From positions 1-45,285 of the forward strand of contig JAUCBJ010008379.1 in the NCBI GenBank assembly GCA_032718475.1: 45,285 bases of DNA. Reading direction: 5' to 3'. Below, one piece after another: positions 1 through 12,419 of this stretch. This DNA is from Nemertoderma westbladi (taxonomy: Eukaryota; Animalia; Xenacoelomorpha). The position numbers were made by a program, and so were the translations under genes. Below the pieces are notes generated by a model that saw nothing but the letters and a program-made list of their open reading frames with translations, had not been told where the DNA came from and made no database searches. How positions within the stretch are numbered: position 1 is the first letter of the stretch; each line of letters opens with the position of its first letter.

Positions 1-16
1 ACAAAAGCTTTTACAT

Positions 17-47
17 GGGGTAAAAAAAAACAGGGTGATTCCTGCCG
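17..47. repeat. Terminus of a TIR-type element of the same family as the one starting at 2428
   Basis: ggggtaaaaaaaaacagggtgattcctgccg is an imperfect reverse complement of cggcctgatacacttgttttttttttacccc at 2428-2457; the rest of the element would lie before the window. Confidence 0.4.
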
Positions 48-237
48 TTTCACACTGTTGAACAATACAAGACTAAACTCAGCATACGTGAGGTGGCTAA
101 AAGTATAATAATCCGTGAATACTATATATATACGAGGTTACAGGTTTCAAAGGTTGCGTGTGATAGAAAACCAAGGCCTTCGCGCAGCACGAGGCTAAGA
201 TCAGAACAGAAACCAGTCGCCAGATCCGGTGATCCTG

Positions 238-842
238 TGTGACGGGATCCCTTGGCGAGGGAATCCCGACCGGGTGTGTTTCCCTTTGGGCTATACGCGT
301 CACCGCGTCCGTAGGCTGCTGAAAGGCTGGTAATATCTGAGTTCTAAGGCCGAGGGCCGTTTGAATAACTGAGTTTTAGTGGCAGTTGTTCGTAATGTCA
401 CAATATAATAATAGCACAATCAGAATATAATAGCACGGTTAATGACGACGGTTAAAAACCGTTCCGGATCCACAGCTCTACACATACCAACTGAACTATA
501 AGCAATAAATGCAACGGTTATATTATCAACACATATTGAATATTCCTACTGCTCTACGTGCGTGGCCTGGCTAATGGATGCACTCCAATCAAGTGGTATC
601 CTGTCCCATCATTGGCTAACCTATTAATCTCTCCCTGCTGCCATTGTCCCTTCTTGCTAGCCCCTTTGTCCCCCTGAGATGGCTTATGGCCTCTCATCTC
701 TACTTGTGACTGGCAATGTATATTGCCTTTGTTGGTTATTAGGTGACATTATGTTATTAATGTCACCTGGCCGATCACAATTGGTAAAAAGCCACTTTCT
801 CCATTTTCCGCTGGGCAGTGCAGGGAATTGAATCCGCTTACA
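238..842 (-). mobile_element. Solo LTR of the BEL/Pao family found at 21890-29688
   Basis: TG...CA ends (tgtgacggg...ccgcttaca); perfect 5-bp TSD tcctg at 233-237 and 843-847; colinear with the diverged LTR at 21890-22503. Confidence 0.92.
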
Positions 843-1000
843 TCCTGGCAGCCTAGTATGGGAACCACGTAGGACCACACTATTGTGCTTGGAGTAAAGT
901 ACTGGTCCGAACATTTTCGCATAAATTGTTAGATTCTATTTCCTCATGTATATTTAATAAATAGCAGCTGCGGAGAGGGGGGGGGGGGGGGGGGGGGGGG

Positions 1001-1915
1001 GGTACACGAACTTAGGCGAACTTAGTTCGAATAAACTAGAGAAAAACGAAAACTAATTTAGTTCCAATGCATGTGAATTTAGTTCCAATGGATGCGAATT
1101 TAGTTCCAATGGATGCGAACTTAGTTCCAATGGATGCGAACTTAGTTCCAATGGATGCGAACTTAGTTCCAATGTTTCAGGTGTGGGGCGAGCCTCGTAG
1201 TTTGGCGAAGAATCTGTTTAATGCCACTACTAGAGGTGGATGGTTAAATAATAATTGTAAATAAAAAATAACTAACCCAAAACGCCTAACCTCCTAATCA
1301 ACACAATCTTATCCCAAACTACGCCCAACCTCTTAACCCAAACAATTCAATTAAATTCATTTATATTTAATCATTTAAAATGATATTCATTGTAAAAAAA
1401 CAACGCCCAAGCTCTTAACCCAAACAACGCCCATCCAACTAAACCGAAACAAGTGGTAAATATTGTATTTGGTGTGGAAATGGCACAATGTGCATGACTT
1501 CAGTATATTACTGTATAATATTACAACTCAGTCAGTCAGTATCAGTATACTCGTCATTAATATATATTTACAATTACGGTTGACCCTGACCCACCCCAAA
1601 TAGTGGCAATACGCAAAAGGCTTCGCCTACTACGTGGCTATCCCCACGATTAAACATTGGAACTAAGTTCGTACCCATTGGAACTAAATTCGCTTCCATT
1701 TGAACTAAATTCGCATGCATTGGAACTAAATTCGCATCCATTGGAACTAAATTCGCATGCATTGGAACTAAATTCGCATCCATTGGAACTAAGTTCGTTT
1801 TGATATTCTGGGATTGGAACTAAGTTCGCCTCAATTGGAACTAAGTTCGCTTTGTAAAATTTATTTTGGAACTAAATTCGTTTCAATTGGAACTAAGTTC
1901 GCATTTTAAAATGTA
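1001..1915. mobile_element. Non-autonomous foldback/MULE-like element with TIRs built from 21-bp tandem repeats
   Basis: Array of gaacttagttccaatggatgc at ~1054-1173 and its inverted array at ~1656-1901; inverted similarity continues inward (1174-1231 vs 1600-1655); aacccaa/cctaac-rich core; exact ends and TSD not found. Confidence 0.75.
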
Positions 1916-1939
1916 CGATTGGTTTGATTGGATTGTTAC

Positions 1940-2354
1940 TGTGTCAAGTACAATCAATGCACACATCTCCAACGAGACACTAAATAACAATGGAGATGTC
2001 TCTTTTGTTCCCCCAAGCTTGACACTCAAATAAAGCCGCATCCGCTTTGCAGGACATTGCTTTCGCCGTGAGGACCAGGTTGTGCACAATCATGTGCTTT
2101 TGCAGCCCAATGGAGAAAATAAGCATGGTGGACAGCCCATGGCTTTCTTGAGACACCTCTTGAAGGACACTATGGCCTTGAAGATGCGGATAATCTCTCG
2201 AAAATCATTGGTGATAAGCAGTTGTGGCGGCGCAATTTTTTCGATAAGCCGGCATACCATTCTTAATGCACGCTGCATTGGCCAAAATATTTTTGTTAAG
2301 CCAGCATAACATCTCAATGTGCTGCTTCAATGCAGGAAGCCTATTATAGTAGTA
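1940..2354 (+). mobile_element. Decayed 3' fragment of the RTE LINE family
   Basis: Aligns with 33833-34200 (ccccaagcttgacact, cgctttgcaggacattgctttcgccgtgaggaccag, ggacagcccatg) and ends in a tagtagtag tail. Confidence 0.9.
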
Positions 2355-2427
2355 GATTGAATTTTCATTCAACCGATTCAACACAGAGCATTCAGCACCT
2401 CAATCACCGAAATCCATGTCAGATATG

Positions 2428-2645
2428 CGGCCTGATACACTTGTTTTTTTTTACCCCATTTTGGGGTAAATAAAAAACATCACTTTTTTACCATAATTTA
2501 TTTAAATATATGTTAGGTAATGTTGTTTGATGATCATTAAATGACATATTGGATTAGCTTTCAGACAATACCAAATTTATTTAAATCCATGGAATATTAA
2601 TAATTTTATTGACAAAAAACGGAAAATTGTTTTTTTTTACCCCCA
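2428..2645. repeat. End fragment of a TIR-type non-autonomous element
   Basis: Starts with the reverse complement of the motif at 17-47; repeated ttttttacc(cc) subterminal motifs; other end not found. Confidence 0.4.
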
Positions 2646-4245
2646 ATGACTATATATATATATTCCACTCTAAAATTTAACTTGCAAAAAGCAAGTTCAT
2701 CTTTACATCTGTACCTATAAGCTTACGTTATTGTCACTCCATTCATTGAAGATAAATACTAAGGGAGCAGAAGCCCTACCGGTATCTTCTAATGGCCCAT
2801 CCAAATAGTTATTGAACTGATCCTCTATGATTTACGAACTGCATTGTCTGCTGTAAGAACTCTAGTTTTTTGGAGAAGTTGCCATAAACGGACGTCGTTC
2901 TTTAAGAATCCCCCCATACCCCAAGTGCGATTTTAGAAATATTGCTGATATTTATGTTGTTAAAACTTTAAAAGTATTAACTGTATGTAATTTTATAGAA
3001 CATATTGAATAACACGATTTTTGTAGATGTTTTAACTGTATAACTGTAGAGTTACAATTAATAATCAGGACCCGTAATAATATATAATAGCAATTTAACA
3101 ACCTAGCGTTTTTTGACACTCCACCCTATGCAAAGTAACGTTAATTAATAGGCCGCCACTATTGAATTAATTGCATCCAATTATTATGTAATAGCGTACC
3201 GGTACCGTGTTTGTATATCGCCTCCTGTATGTACGTAGAATTAACTACTCGCTAATTTCCATCGCATGGTAGATGCAGTTACAAGAATGCGCGGATAACG
3301 ATTTGGAGGGGGCTTCAGACCATCTAGACCTCCCGAGAGATAGAGGTGGATCCAGGAGGGGGTCTATTGTCGGAGACTATATGGCCTTGCCCAGGTATAA
3401 TTAGTAGACATTTGTGAAGTAACCCCATGGGGAGTGTAGTTAGTATGAGAATAATGTTGTTGGTGTGTGTTTTCCTAAAAAGTAATATTGACATTTCGGT
3501 TTAAAAAAATACGTTTTTCAGATAAAAATTATACTAAAAGATATTTTCATTAAATAATGATTAATTCTCAGAAAATAAGAAAAATAATTTGTATTTCTAT
3601 AAAATGGATGATTCCTCGACTTAATATAATAATAATAATTGCAAATAGAAGACACTACGCTACATCGAAAAAGTATATTTTAGAATCTATATTCTCAGAA
3701 AATATATAAATAACAATGAGTTTGAGTCTGCCGACATTTTTATGATGGAGTCCATGACATATAGAATCGAAAGTTGTAGCCGCATATACCAATAATGTTT
3801 TCCGTACTCACAGCCTCTCCAATGGGTTTATTTTACAATTGCACCAAATCTAGTTATTTCTATTTTGTATTATTTATTTATTTTTTTACGCTATTTAGGA
3901 TTTGGATATTGATCGTAAGAGGGGCTCTGTGATGGCCAATTACTTACCAAACGCGGGGTACAGTTCATTAACTAATTAATTAATTAATAACTTTAGAGCC
4001 ATTTCTTACGATGTATCATATTTTAGTCATTGGATGAAATTCCTTGGTGTGTTATAACGTCCATTATAAGTGTATAATGTTGTTCCCAGACTTTTGGTTT
4101 CTTTAATATCATTGCTATATGTCTATTTCGACCTTATTAACATCATAATATAACTTTCCATCTTACAGTAGAAAAGCCAACAAGCTGGCTGTAAACGAAA
4201 CTTCCGATACTTTAAATCCAAATTTAAGATTAAATTAAACAAAAA

Positions 4246-4320
4246 GACACCCGATCAGGAATCGAACCCATTACTTACACACCTTTAGTCTGGCGCTTTT
4301 CCGAGTGAGATAAATAACCC
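4246..4320 (-). pseudogene. Degenerate tRNA-like sequence (tRNA pseudogene or SINE head)
   Basis: Minus strand reads gggttatttatctcactcggaaaagcgccagactaaagg...gggttcgattcctgatcgggtgtc: degraded A box, good B box at tRNA spacing, stems broken. Confidence 0.6.
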
Positions 4321-5514
4321 CAACAACAATTTCTTTAGTAGAATATTGAAAGTTCTCTCTAGTTTGTAATTTGGCTACACCATGTGTTTACATTTCATTT
4401 CATTTCATTGTTTTAATCAAATAAAATTGACATAAAATTGCACAAGAACATATAATAAAAGTGCACAAGATTGACACATATTAAAATCGGTATAAGACAT
4501 TCAGAGATATTGCACAGCATAGATTAAAATTGACAATAAGATGTCATAGGCGTATATATACAATAAGTGTGCAAATATAAGTATAACATAATCAGTAGAT
4601 TGTGTTTATTATTGGTTTGGTATGATTTGGGCTAAGTTAAATAAGAAACAATAGTTGAAATAACATTAAGATTGACATTAATTATGAAGCAAAAAGAGAC
4701 AATTATTTATAAATTATGCAGTTCATTAGTTCGGTTCACAGACATCAAATGAAGCGATAGTAATGTAATAATGATTTGATTGATATAGAAATTAATTACC
4801 GGTAGGGTCAGGGTGAAAGCAAGCAGGACTACGATTTGAATGGTTAATAACAAGACTAATCTAATCACATGACAGCCAGTCGACGGTAGTTGGTTTGATA
4901 GCATAGTGGTAGTATTTAATAGCTGCACAGAATAAAATTGGTGACTAAGTCACCCAGTCACGAGAGCACAGCTAAACCGTTATGTTGATGTAAGTGATTC
5001 ATCTCAATATACACAATACAATTTTTATAACTTTAATTTTGAAAGTCACTAATCCAGCATTAAAGTAAAATAACGAGTGTTAGTACCAATGATCTGTATG
5101 TGTGTGGTGTGGTATTATGGTTTACTGGAAAAACAGCCACTGGAATAACAGCCAATGTCAAAATGAATCAAAACTGGAATAACAGCCACTGCCACTTATG
5201 CTGGAAAAACAGCCACTGCCAATTATGCTGGAAAAACAGCCACTGCCAATTATGCTGGAAAAACAGCCACTGTCGTTTATGCTGGAAAAACAGCCACTTT
5301 GATTAGCTCTCACAAAACAGTTATTATCATTATAAACAGCTCATTATTCATTATTACCATTCATCATAATATTATTCATTATTGAACAGCTACCATTATT
5401 AATATTCCGAATAACTGTATATTCCGAGAAGAATAAGACCAACTATTATTAGTTTTAAATCCATGTTAATTGCATTTACAGTTACAGTTTGCAATACCCG
5501 GTACTGGATTTCAG

Positions 5515-6935
5515 TTACAAAGCAATATTGAGAGGGTTACTGAATAGAACGGACATTTGGCGGCAGAAATCCAGGGCAATGAAATCAGGCACATCAGCAT
5601 AGCGCTGCGTGAGGACAGTAATAGCACGATTGATTTTTTCGTATTTCGCATTTCGGCGATTCACCTGCTGTCCTTGTTGAATCTGTTGCAACTCCGTCTC
5701 CACCCGGCCTTGCTCCAGACGAATAAATGAAAGAAACTCATAGGAATTTGGATGATTCTTTGCGATAGCCTTGGTCATAGCAGAATGCCATCCTTCTACA
5801 TTATTGTTTGTGCGCCGTCTGCGGCCATGCATACGTGCATACTCATTGTTTAGCCACTGACCTTCGAAATACTGGAACAGTTGGTCGAATATGATATGGG
5901 CGGAGCAAACTCGATGAGTTGCTGAAAGCCAGCGTCAATGTCTTGTGGTGGCAGAAAGACAACGGTCATCAAGCAGCGAACAACCAAACGAACAGGTACA
6001 TTCTGGTCGGGGTCGGCATATGCGACTGCCAAACCGAGTTCCTGTATCTTACGGTAAATAGCCTGACACATTGGAAGTGGCATCCGCAGATTTGGGAAGC
6101 TGGTAACTCTGCAAGCAGAGCAGGAATAAGTCCAGTTTCAAAGTCAATTGATATTCTCGCTGGATTGAACTGCAGTTGTATTTCTGCTGCAAGATCTTTT
6201 AGAATGCGTAAAATTCTGACGTATGATTTGCGATCCTTGTGCATCATGAGAATGTACACCATCGGCTGGCACCTGTCACCATTAAACGCATGAATAGTGA
6301 ACAGTTGCTGCCACAACTCAGGAACGATTTTAAATGTTCCGTCCATAGCTACATCTGTGGCCGCGCACAAACGACGGAAACACCCATCGGTCATGTAAAT
6401 CACAATATCAGCAGTATCGCTACAGTAGAAAAGGAACTGATGTCCAGAGATTGTGCGTCGAAGCTGGTCAGGGAAGGATTCGGGATCATCGGGAGGTTTG
6501 TTGATCGCAGTTGCAAACTCTTCCAATGTCTGAGGAACGTGAGGAAACTGACTCTTTCTAGCTTTGTACAAACTTGATTCCATGCGACGCAAAGCAGGAA
6601 GCTGCCCAGCAGCCACTGGATTAGCCGATAATACAGCTGCGTTTTCACGGTAAATAGCAGGCATTGGCCGAAAAGTCTTCTTACATTACACATCGCGTAT
6701 TTTCAACTAATCGACGCTCGGGTTGAGGCGCACAGTTTTCGCCGTGCTCACTCCGAATTTCGCGATAATTGTTCTGATCGTCAGTCCACAATCGACCCTT
6801 GCAACCGGTTTGGCGACAACGCCAAGATTTGTTCAATGACACAGGATTCACAGGAGCACTAGGATTGCACAAACGGTATGAATATCCGTTATGCTCGAAA
6901 CACTCCTTTTCTTTGTTAGTTTTGTACGTGGTCAT
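5515..6935 (-). pseudogene. FLYWCH-type MULE transposase, disrupted
   Basis: N-terminal GYSY..WRC..CKGR..H finger; MULE core DGTFK..QLFTIH, IDFETGL, GCHF(H)/MCQAIYRKIQELGL, RTNNNVEGWH; one in-frame stop and at least two frameshifts. Confidence 0.92.
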
Positions 6936-7259
6936 CTAGAATACAGTATAGATTGTACGAATACGGGTACTGCTAGCAGTAATGTATAATGCGCAGAGGC
7001 ATAACTGCTGTAGGTAAGTACCATTATTTAGGACGCCTTGGTCAGCACACAATACTACATTTTACATATATTTTATTAGGAACCGGAAGTTACTTTCTGT
7101 AAAAATTTGTTGTAATAGTAATAATATTTCAAGCAAAATAGCTTAAAAACGGCTCTAACGATTTCGTTAATATATATTACACTGTAGTAGGTACAGTAGT
7201 AGCAACAGTGGCATCAAGTATACAGTAGGTACTGTAAACCCTGTTACAGATAATAATTA

Positions 7260-7372
7260 ATGAACACACATAATTATATGTAATGAACACACATAATTAT
7301 ATGTAATGAACACACATAATTATATGTAATGAACACACATAATTATATGTAATGAACACACATAATTATATG
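7260..7372. repeat. 23-bp tandem repeat, about 5 copies, just inside the MULE TIR
   Basis: Unit atgaacacacataattatatgta repeated head to tail. Confidence 0.95.
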
Positions 7373-7557
7373 AGCGGTAACTTTGAATGGCTGTTTTTCC
7401 AGCAAACCCACTGGCTGTTTTTCCAGTGGCTGTTATTCCAGTTTTCACAGTGGCTGTTTTTCCAGCAAAATTAAACAACTTTGTAACTTTGACTGGCTGT
7501 TTTTCCAGCAAACCCAGTGGCTGTTTTTCCAGTGGCTGTTATTCCAGTTTACCGGTA

Positions 7558-10158
7558 TTATACATTAAAGTATTCCCTGATTCGTTGATTTTTAATGGAG
7601 AAGTGTTCTCTTCTGAGGGTGAATTCAGATGTGATGAAGTCAATATGTTGATCTTCAGTGTAACTTGTTGTGCCTTCACAGACGTATTTCATTAGAGACT
7701 TCTTGTTGTACACTGAATTTAAAAGTGAGTTGGTAGATGGAATTGCGTACTCCTGATTTGCTCTGTTATAAGTTCCACCTAGTCCCAAGTAATTGTCTTT
7801 AGAATTATTACAAGATTTCTCAAGGTTAATACGGAGGCAGTATTTGAGGGTGAGGCTATGGCAGTACTTCACTCGCTGGATATGTCTGAGCATACTCTTA
7901 AAAGCTTCGTTTGACAGATTTCCTGTGTTAAAGAGCCCTATTACAGTGCTGTTACTCAAGTACAGTAGTTGCCGACGCATAGTAGTCCCCTCAGATGTTT
8001 TCGGTAGTAAGCATCGAGTGACTTCACTTGGGTATCAGTAAGTGTGCCAATTTGGAAGGTAAGATTATAGAGTAGAGAAGGTAATGCGCATGAGTTCCAA
8101 ATTTTTCTCACGTCCTTTACCTCATGCTTACGCGAAGTCCATCCATTTCTGTGGAAAATCTCCGACAGCAACGTGATTTTGCAGATAACATCATGGTAAG
8201 CTGTAATGGGCTCATGAAATACCTTATAGCCGAGAAATGTGATGCTCCTACTAAAGGGAACAAGATCACCCATCAGGTTAAGGAAGCATGGTATATACTT
8301 GTTACTTCTAGGGGGCTTGCAGTACGTCCATTTAGTTTTATCAGTGGCTATGCCAAGTCCAATTTTTCTGAGTGACTCATTTAGGCGTGCACTCATCATT
8401 TCAATTTCACTGGATAATGTAGATAGATATTAGGAGTATGTCATCTGCATACGAAAGGCAGCCAAGCCATTGATTATTGATGAAGCACCCAAGTTTGATG
8501 CTCTCCATGTCTGTGAAGAGATCTCTTAGGAAGAAGTTGAAGAGGTGTGGTGAGAGGATCGAACCTTGAAGTATTCCAATTGTTACCTTGAACCCATCAG
8601 TGTCAATACATTGACCAAACTTGATGAACATATAGCTATTTGAGTAGTAATGCAGCAACATTCTACAAACATATGGGTTGATTTTATGTCTCAGTTTGTT
8701 GAAAAGTTTGCAATGATTCACCTCATCGAAGGCACTCCGTATGTCCATCTGACACACATATGTTCCTTGGTTTTTCTTTTCATTGTTGTGGATTAACTCA
8801 AGCAATGCTGCTACCACAATATCTGTTCCCAAGCCCTTACGTTAAGCTGTTTGGAGTTCAGCTGGAGCAATGTTGGTTAGGTAGTGTTTCAAAATTATCG
8901 CTTCCATAATTTTGGAGAAGATTACTAATTGTTGACACAGGCCTGAATGATTTTGGGCAGTAAGGATCCTTTCTTGAGCCTTTGTGTATGGTGTTTAATA
9001 ATGTTCTACCAAAAGAGTTAGGAACTTTTCCTAGCAGGAGGGCAGCTTGAATAACATTCCTTAAGCATACCGAAATTACTATTGGATCAAGATTTAAAAG
9101 GTGTTCGATAGTCAATGTGTCAAAATCTGGTGCCTTCCCTCGATTCAGAGAAAAGATCGCGCATTTTACCCACAATTCTGAGATCACCGGGGTACAAGAG
9201 CCATCACATTCATCATCTAGGTCTTTGTTGAGAGTGAGAAGGTCTTGAGTATTTGTGTTATCATTTTCACATCGAAATTTGTTTGAGAAATATGATTTTA
9301 TCCTTTCCTCAGTTGTTGGATCTACTGCTTTCGGAGTATTCTTTTTAGTGCTAAAGAATTTCCAATAGTCTTTTGGTGATGTGTTCTTGTTGCTTGTTGC
9401 CCTCGATACCTGATCCGCTGTCAGTTTGTTTGCCAACCAGTTTCTGAGTCTACGGCTATTCTTTTTGGACTCTTTAAAGGCCTCCCCAAGTGGGTCATAA
9501 GGCGACTTTCCATTACTGCACCATTGTTTATATAGACCTTTTGTTGTTTTGCTCCGAGAGTTGAGCTTCTTGTTTATTATTGTAAGGTTTTTGGTTTTCT
9601 TTCTGATTGTGATTTTCATGATAAACTTTGAAGCTGCTTGCTGAATGGTGTGTGTCACTTTCTCTAGATACACATTCATTTTTTTCTGTCCAGGTAATAG
9701 GGTTATTGCCATACTCTTCCTGGAGTTCTTTGAGATTGGTGTTCACCTCTATTTTATATTTGGATATATTTTCAGCCGATGTTTTGTTCCAATTAAGTAA
9801 CAGTTGTCTCATGGTGCATTTCATTCTCACTGTGGTGTTGCTTATGGCTTCCTCTTTAGGTTGGGTTGCTGGAGCTAAAATAGGATATAATTTAATTGAT
9901 ACTGGGCTGTGGTCTGATCCATTCCTGAGTTCGTCATGGTCATACACCTGACCTTCTGTGCAGAGTCGAAGTCCATTGAGGTTTGTGAGTACATGGTCAA
10001 TATAAGAATTTCCATGGCCCTGGAATGTATGACACCGGGCCATTGCATATTTCTAGGATATCAACAGCTGTAAGTTTGTTATCTGTGAGAAAATTTAATA
10101 GCATTTTACCACGCTTTGTTGGTTGTTGTTGGTGGTTGTTTGTTACAAAATTGAACTG
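7558..10158 (-). pseudogene. Disrupted LINE ORF2 (C-terminal APE endonuclease + reverse transcriptase)
   Basis: APE motifs SYIDHVL and SDHSPV; RT motifs GKAPDFD, FRPVS, DIRSAFDEVNH, GILQGSILSPHLF, SYADDILL, FLGY; split over five ORFs by frameshifts and stops. Confidence 0.93.
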
Positions 10159-10202
10159 CATAAAGTTATGATATATTTTCTTGTCTCATATACTGTAGTT
10201 AA

Positions 10203-11182
10203 GGGAGGAGTACCCCCCCCCCCCCCCCTCATGTCAAATTTTCAAATATCTGTTTTTTATTTAATCTATAGCAGAATTTAATGAGGATTTCAAATTTGAA
10301 AACCGCTTAGCGAAACCTCATTTAGTTCTCGAGTTATCGCTGTTTATCTCTACAGTATGATGGCCTGTCAGTCAAATTGTAAGACAGACAGACAACCGAC
10401 AGACAGACTGGATTCCACCAAACCTTAAAACTGACATCGGAAATGAAATCAGCGACCCCGAAAACCCCCTAATGAACATTTTAGCTCTTTGGTGTGGATC
10501 CTTCGTACCAGAAATAATTAACCAACCAGAACACAGACAGCCAATTTTGGCGGGAAGGTTTAAACTTTGAAGGCAATTAATTATCTTGGAATGACATTTT
10601 TCATTTTTCAAATCATTTTGTTCATTTCATTACTACTCCTCCGCCATTTTTTAACCAATTTTCTTTATTTTTGGCTCATTCGAAAGGGTTTTGGTTGTTC
10701 TTTAAAAGTTATCGGTTGAAATTTTTATATTTCTGCATTTACAGCCAATTTTTCAGATTTTTCAGCCAGATTTGGCCAAATATTAATAAATACAGTATTA
10801 ATTAATTTTCATCAAAAGGCTAAACTAAAAATTTTAACCGATTACTTTTGTCGAGCTCAGCTCCGTAATTCGAAAAAAATTGGTTTCAGACAGTTTCACC
10901 TAAAATTGAATGACTAGTAGCATTTTAACCGAAAATCTTGATTCATTCAATGGCCGCTAGAGGGCGAATGGAAATTTGCAAATTTTTCGAAAAAACAAAT
11001 ATTTTTTTTTAAACTGCGCCCCCACGCCCATTTATTTTGATTCACAAACAGTTTTTTGAAAAAACAAATGTTAGCCATATTTTAACAGCCCGATACTGTA
11101 TAAAATCAAAATATTTTAATTTCAGTCGAAATTGTAGACATTTGAAAAAATGTTTGGGGGGGGGGGGGGGTGCATTCCCCCC
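10203..11182. mobile_element. Non-autonomous TTAA-site element (Kolobok-like), possibly composite
   Basis: ttaa|gggaggagtac(c)n at left and (g)n-tgcattcccccc|taa at right form imperfect TIRs; 10260-10340 resembles the reverse complement of 41505-41595; internal (caga)n tract. Confidence 0.55.
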
Positions 11183-11464
11183 TAAGTTATTTTTTCTTTA
11201 TTCTTTATTTCACCAAAAAGGTAGCATAAAATTAATGTAATTTAGTATCTAATACCTTATAGATGCAATTATTTTTTTTTTATTTCCGAATTTTTGACTA
11301 ACACGGCAATTCAAAGATAAAGTTAATTAATTAAATATAAATAAATACTTTATTTAGAATCTACAGTACTTTTTGCATTTATATTATCAAACAGTTTTAT
11401 ATATGATGAAGGCCTATAATACATTCATACGGTATTGTATAGTAGTCTATTTTCATGTTTTCAG

Positions 11465-11662
11465 TGAAAATTCGAAACGATCAAGTTTGCGCGGAAATTT
11501 CTCAGAGGACGTTGAATGCGATGAAGAGATTGAGGAATTCGATATTCAACCGCAATTCGATGCGAAATTCGAGTTCGAACGGCGGAGAAACATGTTTCTA
11601 CAAAGTCAGGGGGCGACAGACTGGCAAAACGAACGGGTCACAGACCGAGAGTTACCAATAAG
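11465..11662 (+). CDS. Internal exon of large-Rab gene (linker upstream of the GTPase domain)
   Basis: tttcag acceptor and AG|gtttgt donor; open frame ENSKRSSLRGNFSEDVECDEEIEEFD...ELPIR; phase 2 end fits the next exon (AG+A = Arg). Confidence 0.7.
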
Positions 11663-12278
11663 GTTTGTTAGCAGATTCAATCCGCTATGCGCTTCAACCA
11701 AAATGGGGGGAGGGAGGGGGGGGGGGGGGGGGCAATTTACCAATATTGGCCGGAAGTGACATGTAATGTAAGCAGGAGAACCGAGAGATGATGTAGCTAG
11801 GGAAGGGCGAGCTGGTAGGTGGACCAATCAAGTATGCCGGGGCCAACAAAGCCCAAGGAATAGCTACGTGGCGTGATTTGTAGGACAGCCAATGTGAGTG
11901 GGGCAAACATTGGAGCGTTCGCCTAATGGCGGCCATTTTGTCACATATACAGTATATTAGCAAGGCATTAGCAGTCACTTGGCAAATTAACACCAACGGT
12001 GAGCGTATAGTTTTATACCGCTGCCGCTTCGCTAGGCTCCTTAACTACTGGTGCTACCGGTACAAGTGCAATCAGAACATCATCAAGAATATTACCGTAC
12101 TACTATACCAACACAAAAACAAACTCTAGTTATTATATCGGGCCTACGGCCAGCTAGTCCATCACTCAGGTACAAGCCGGGGCAGTGCGTATGTAAGACC
12201 CTCCCCTCACTACGAAAGTAAAACGGCCTTGGATCTGGGGCCAACACGGACGTAAATAGGCCTAAAAATGATACCCCA

Positions 12279-12419
12279 CTCCATAGCGAATATATCTTCT
12301 ACCGCCCTGGTAGCTCAGTGGTCTTAGGACACACACTCGGCTGATGATAACCGGAAGTTTGAAACCTAGGTACCGGGTTCGAGCCCCAATAGGGGCGGTT
12401 GATATTTTTCGCTATGGAG
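12279..12419 (+). repeat. tRNA-derived sequence enclosed in an inverted repeat
   Basis: A box tagctcagtgg and B box ggttcgagccc with an over-long spacer; flanks ctccatagcgaatatatc..accgccct and aggggcggt.gatatttttcgctatggag pair with each other. Confidence 0.7.

Larger units (their letters stand above)
5119..7553 (-). mobile_element. MULE/Mutator DNA transposon with tandem-repeat TIRs
   Basis: TIRs made of ctggaaaaacagccac repeats (5119-5300; inverted 7385-7553); perfect 8-bp flanking duplication ggtattat (5111-5118, 7554-7561); internal transposase. Confidence 0.93.
4391..10158 (-). mobile_element. 5'-truncated non-LTR retrotransposon, probably RTEX-like, interrupted by a MULE at 5119-7553
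   Basis: APE-RT ORF fragments at 7558-10158; sequence resumes across the MULE TSD; (GAAAT)n tail at 4391-4409 just downstream of ATTAAA on the minus strand. The 3' boundary is inferred from this tail. Confidence 0.75.

Noticed and set aside
1270-1450. cctaac/aacccaa motifs resembling telomeric repeats
   Set aside because: Scattered and degenerate inside a foldback element, not a tandem telomere array
1054-1901. ORFs with NLVPMDA repeats; possible CRISPR-like array
   Set aside because: Translation of 21-bp tandem repeats in TIRs; no unique spacers and eukaryotic context
2650-4240. Upstream EF-hand/coiled-coil exons of the large Rab gene
   Set aside because: No frame with convincing splice sites or motifs found; these exons may lie before the window
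5100-5306. ORF with CWKNSHCQL repeats, and ORFs at 7320-7695
   Set aside because: Read-through of the MULE TIR repeats
12139-12158. ggcctacggcc hairpin + ctag as a Helitron 3' end
   Set aside because: Stem only 4 bp and no matching 5' end identified
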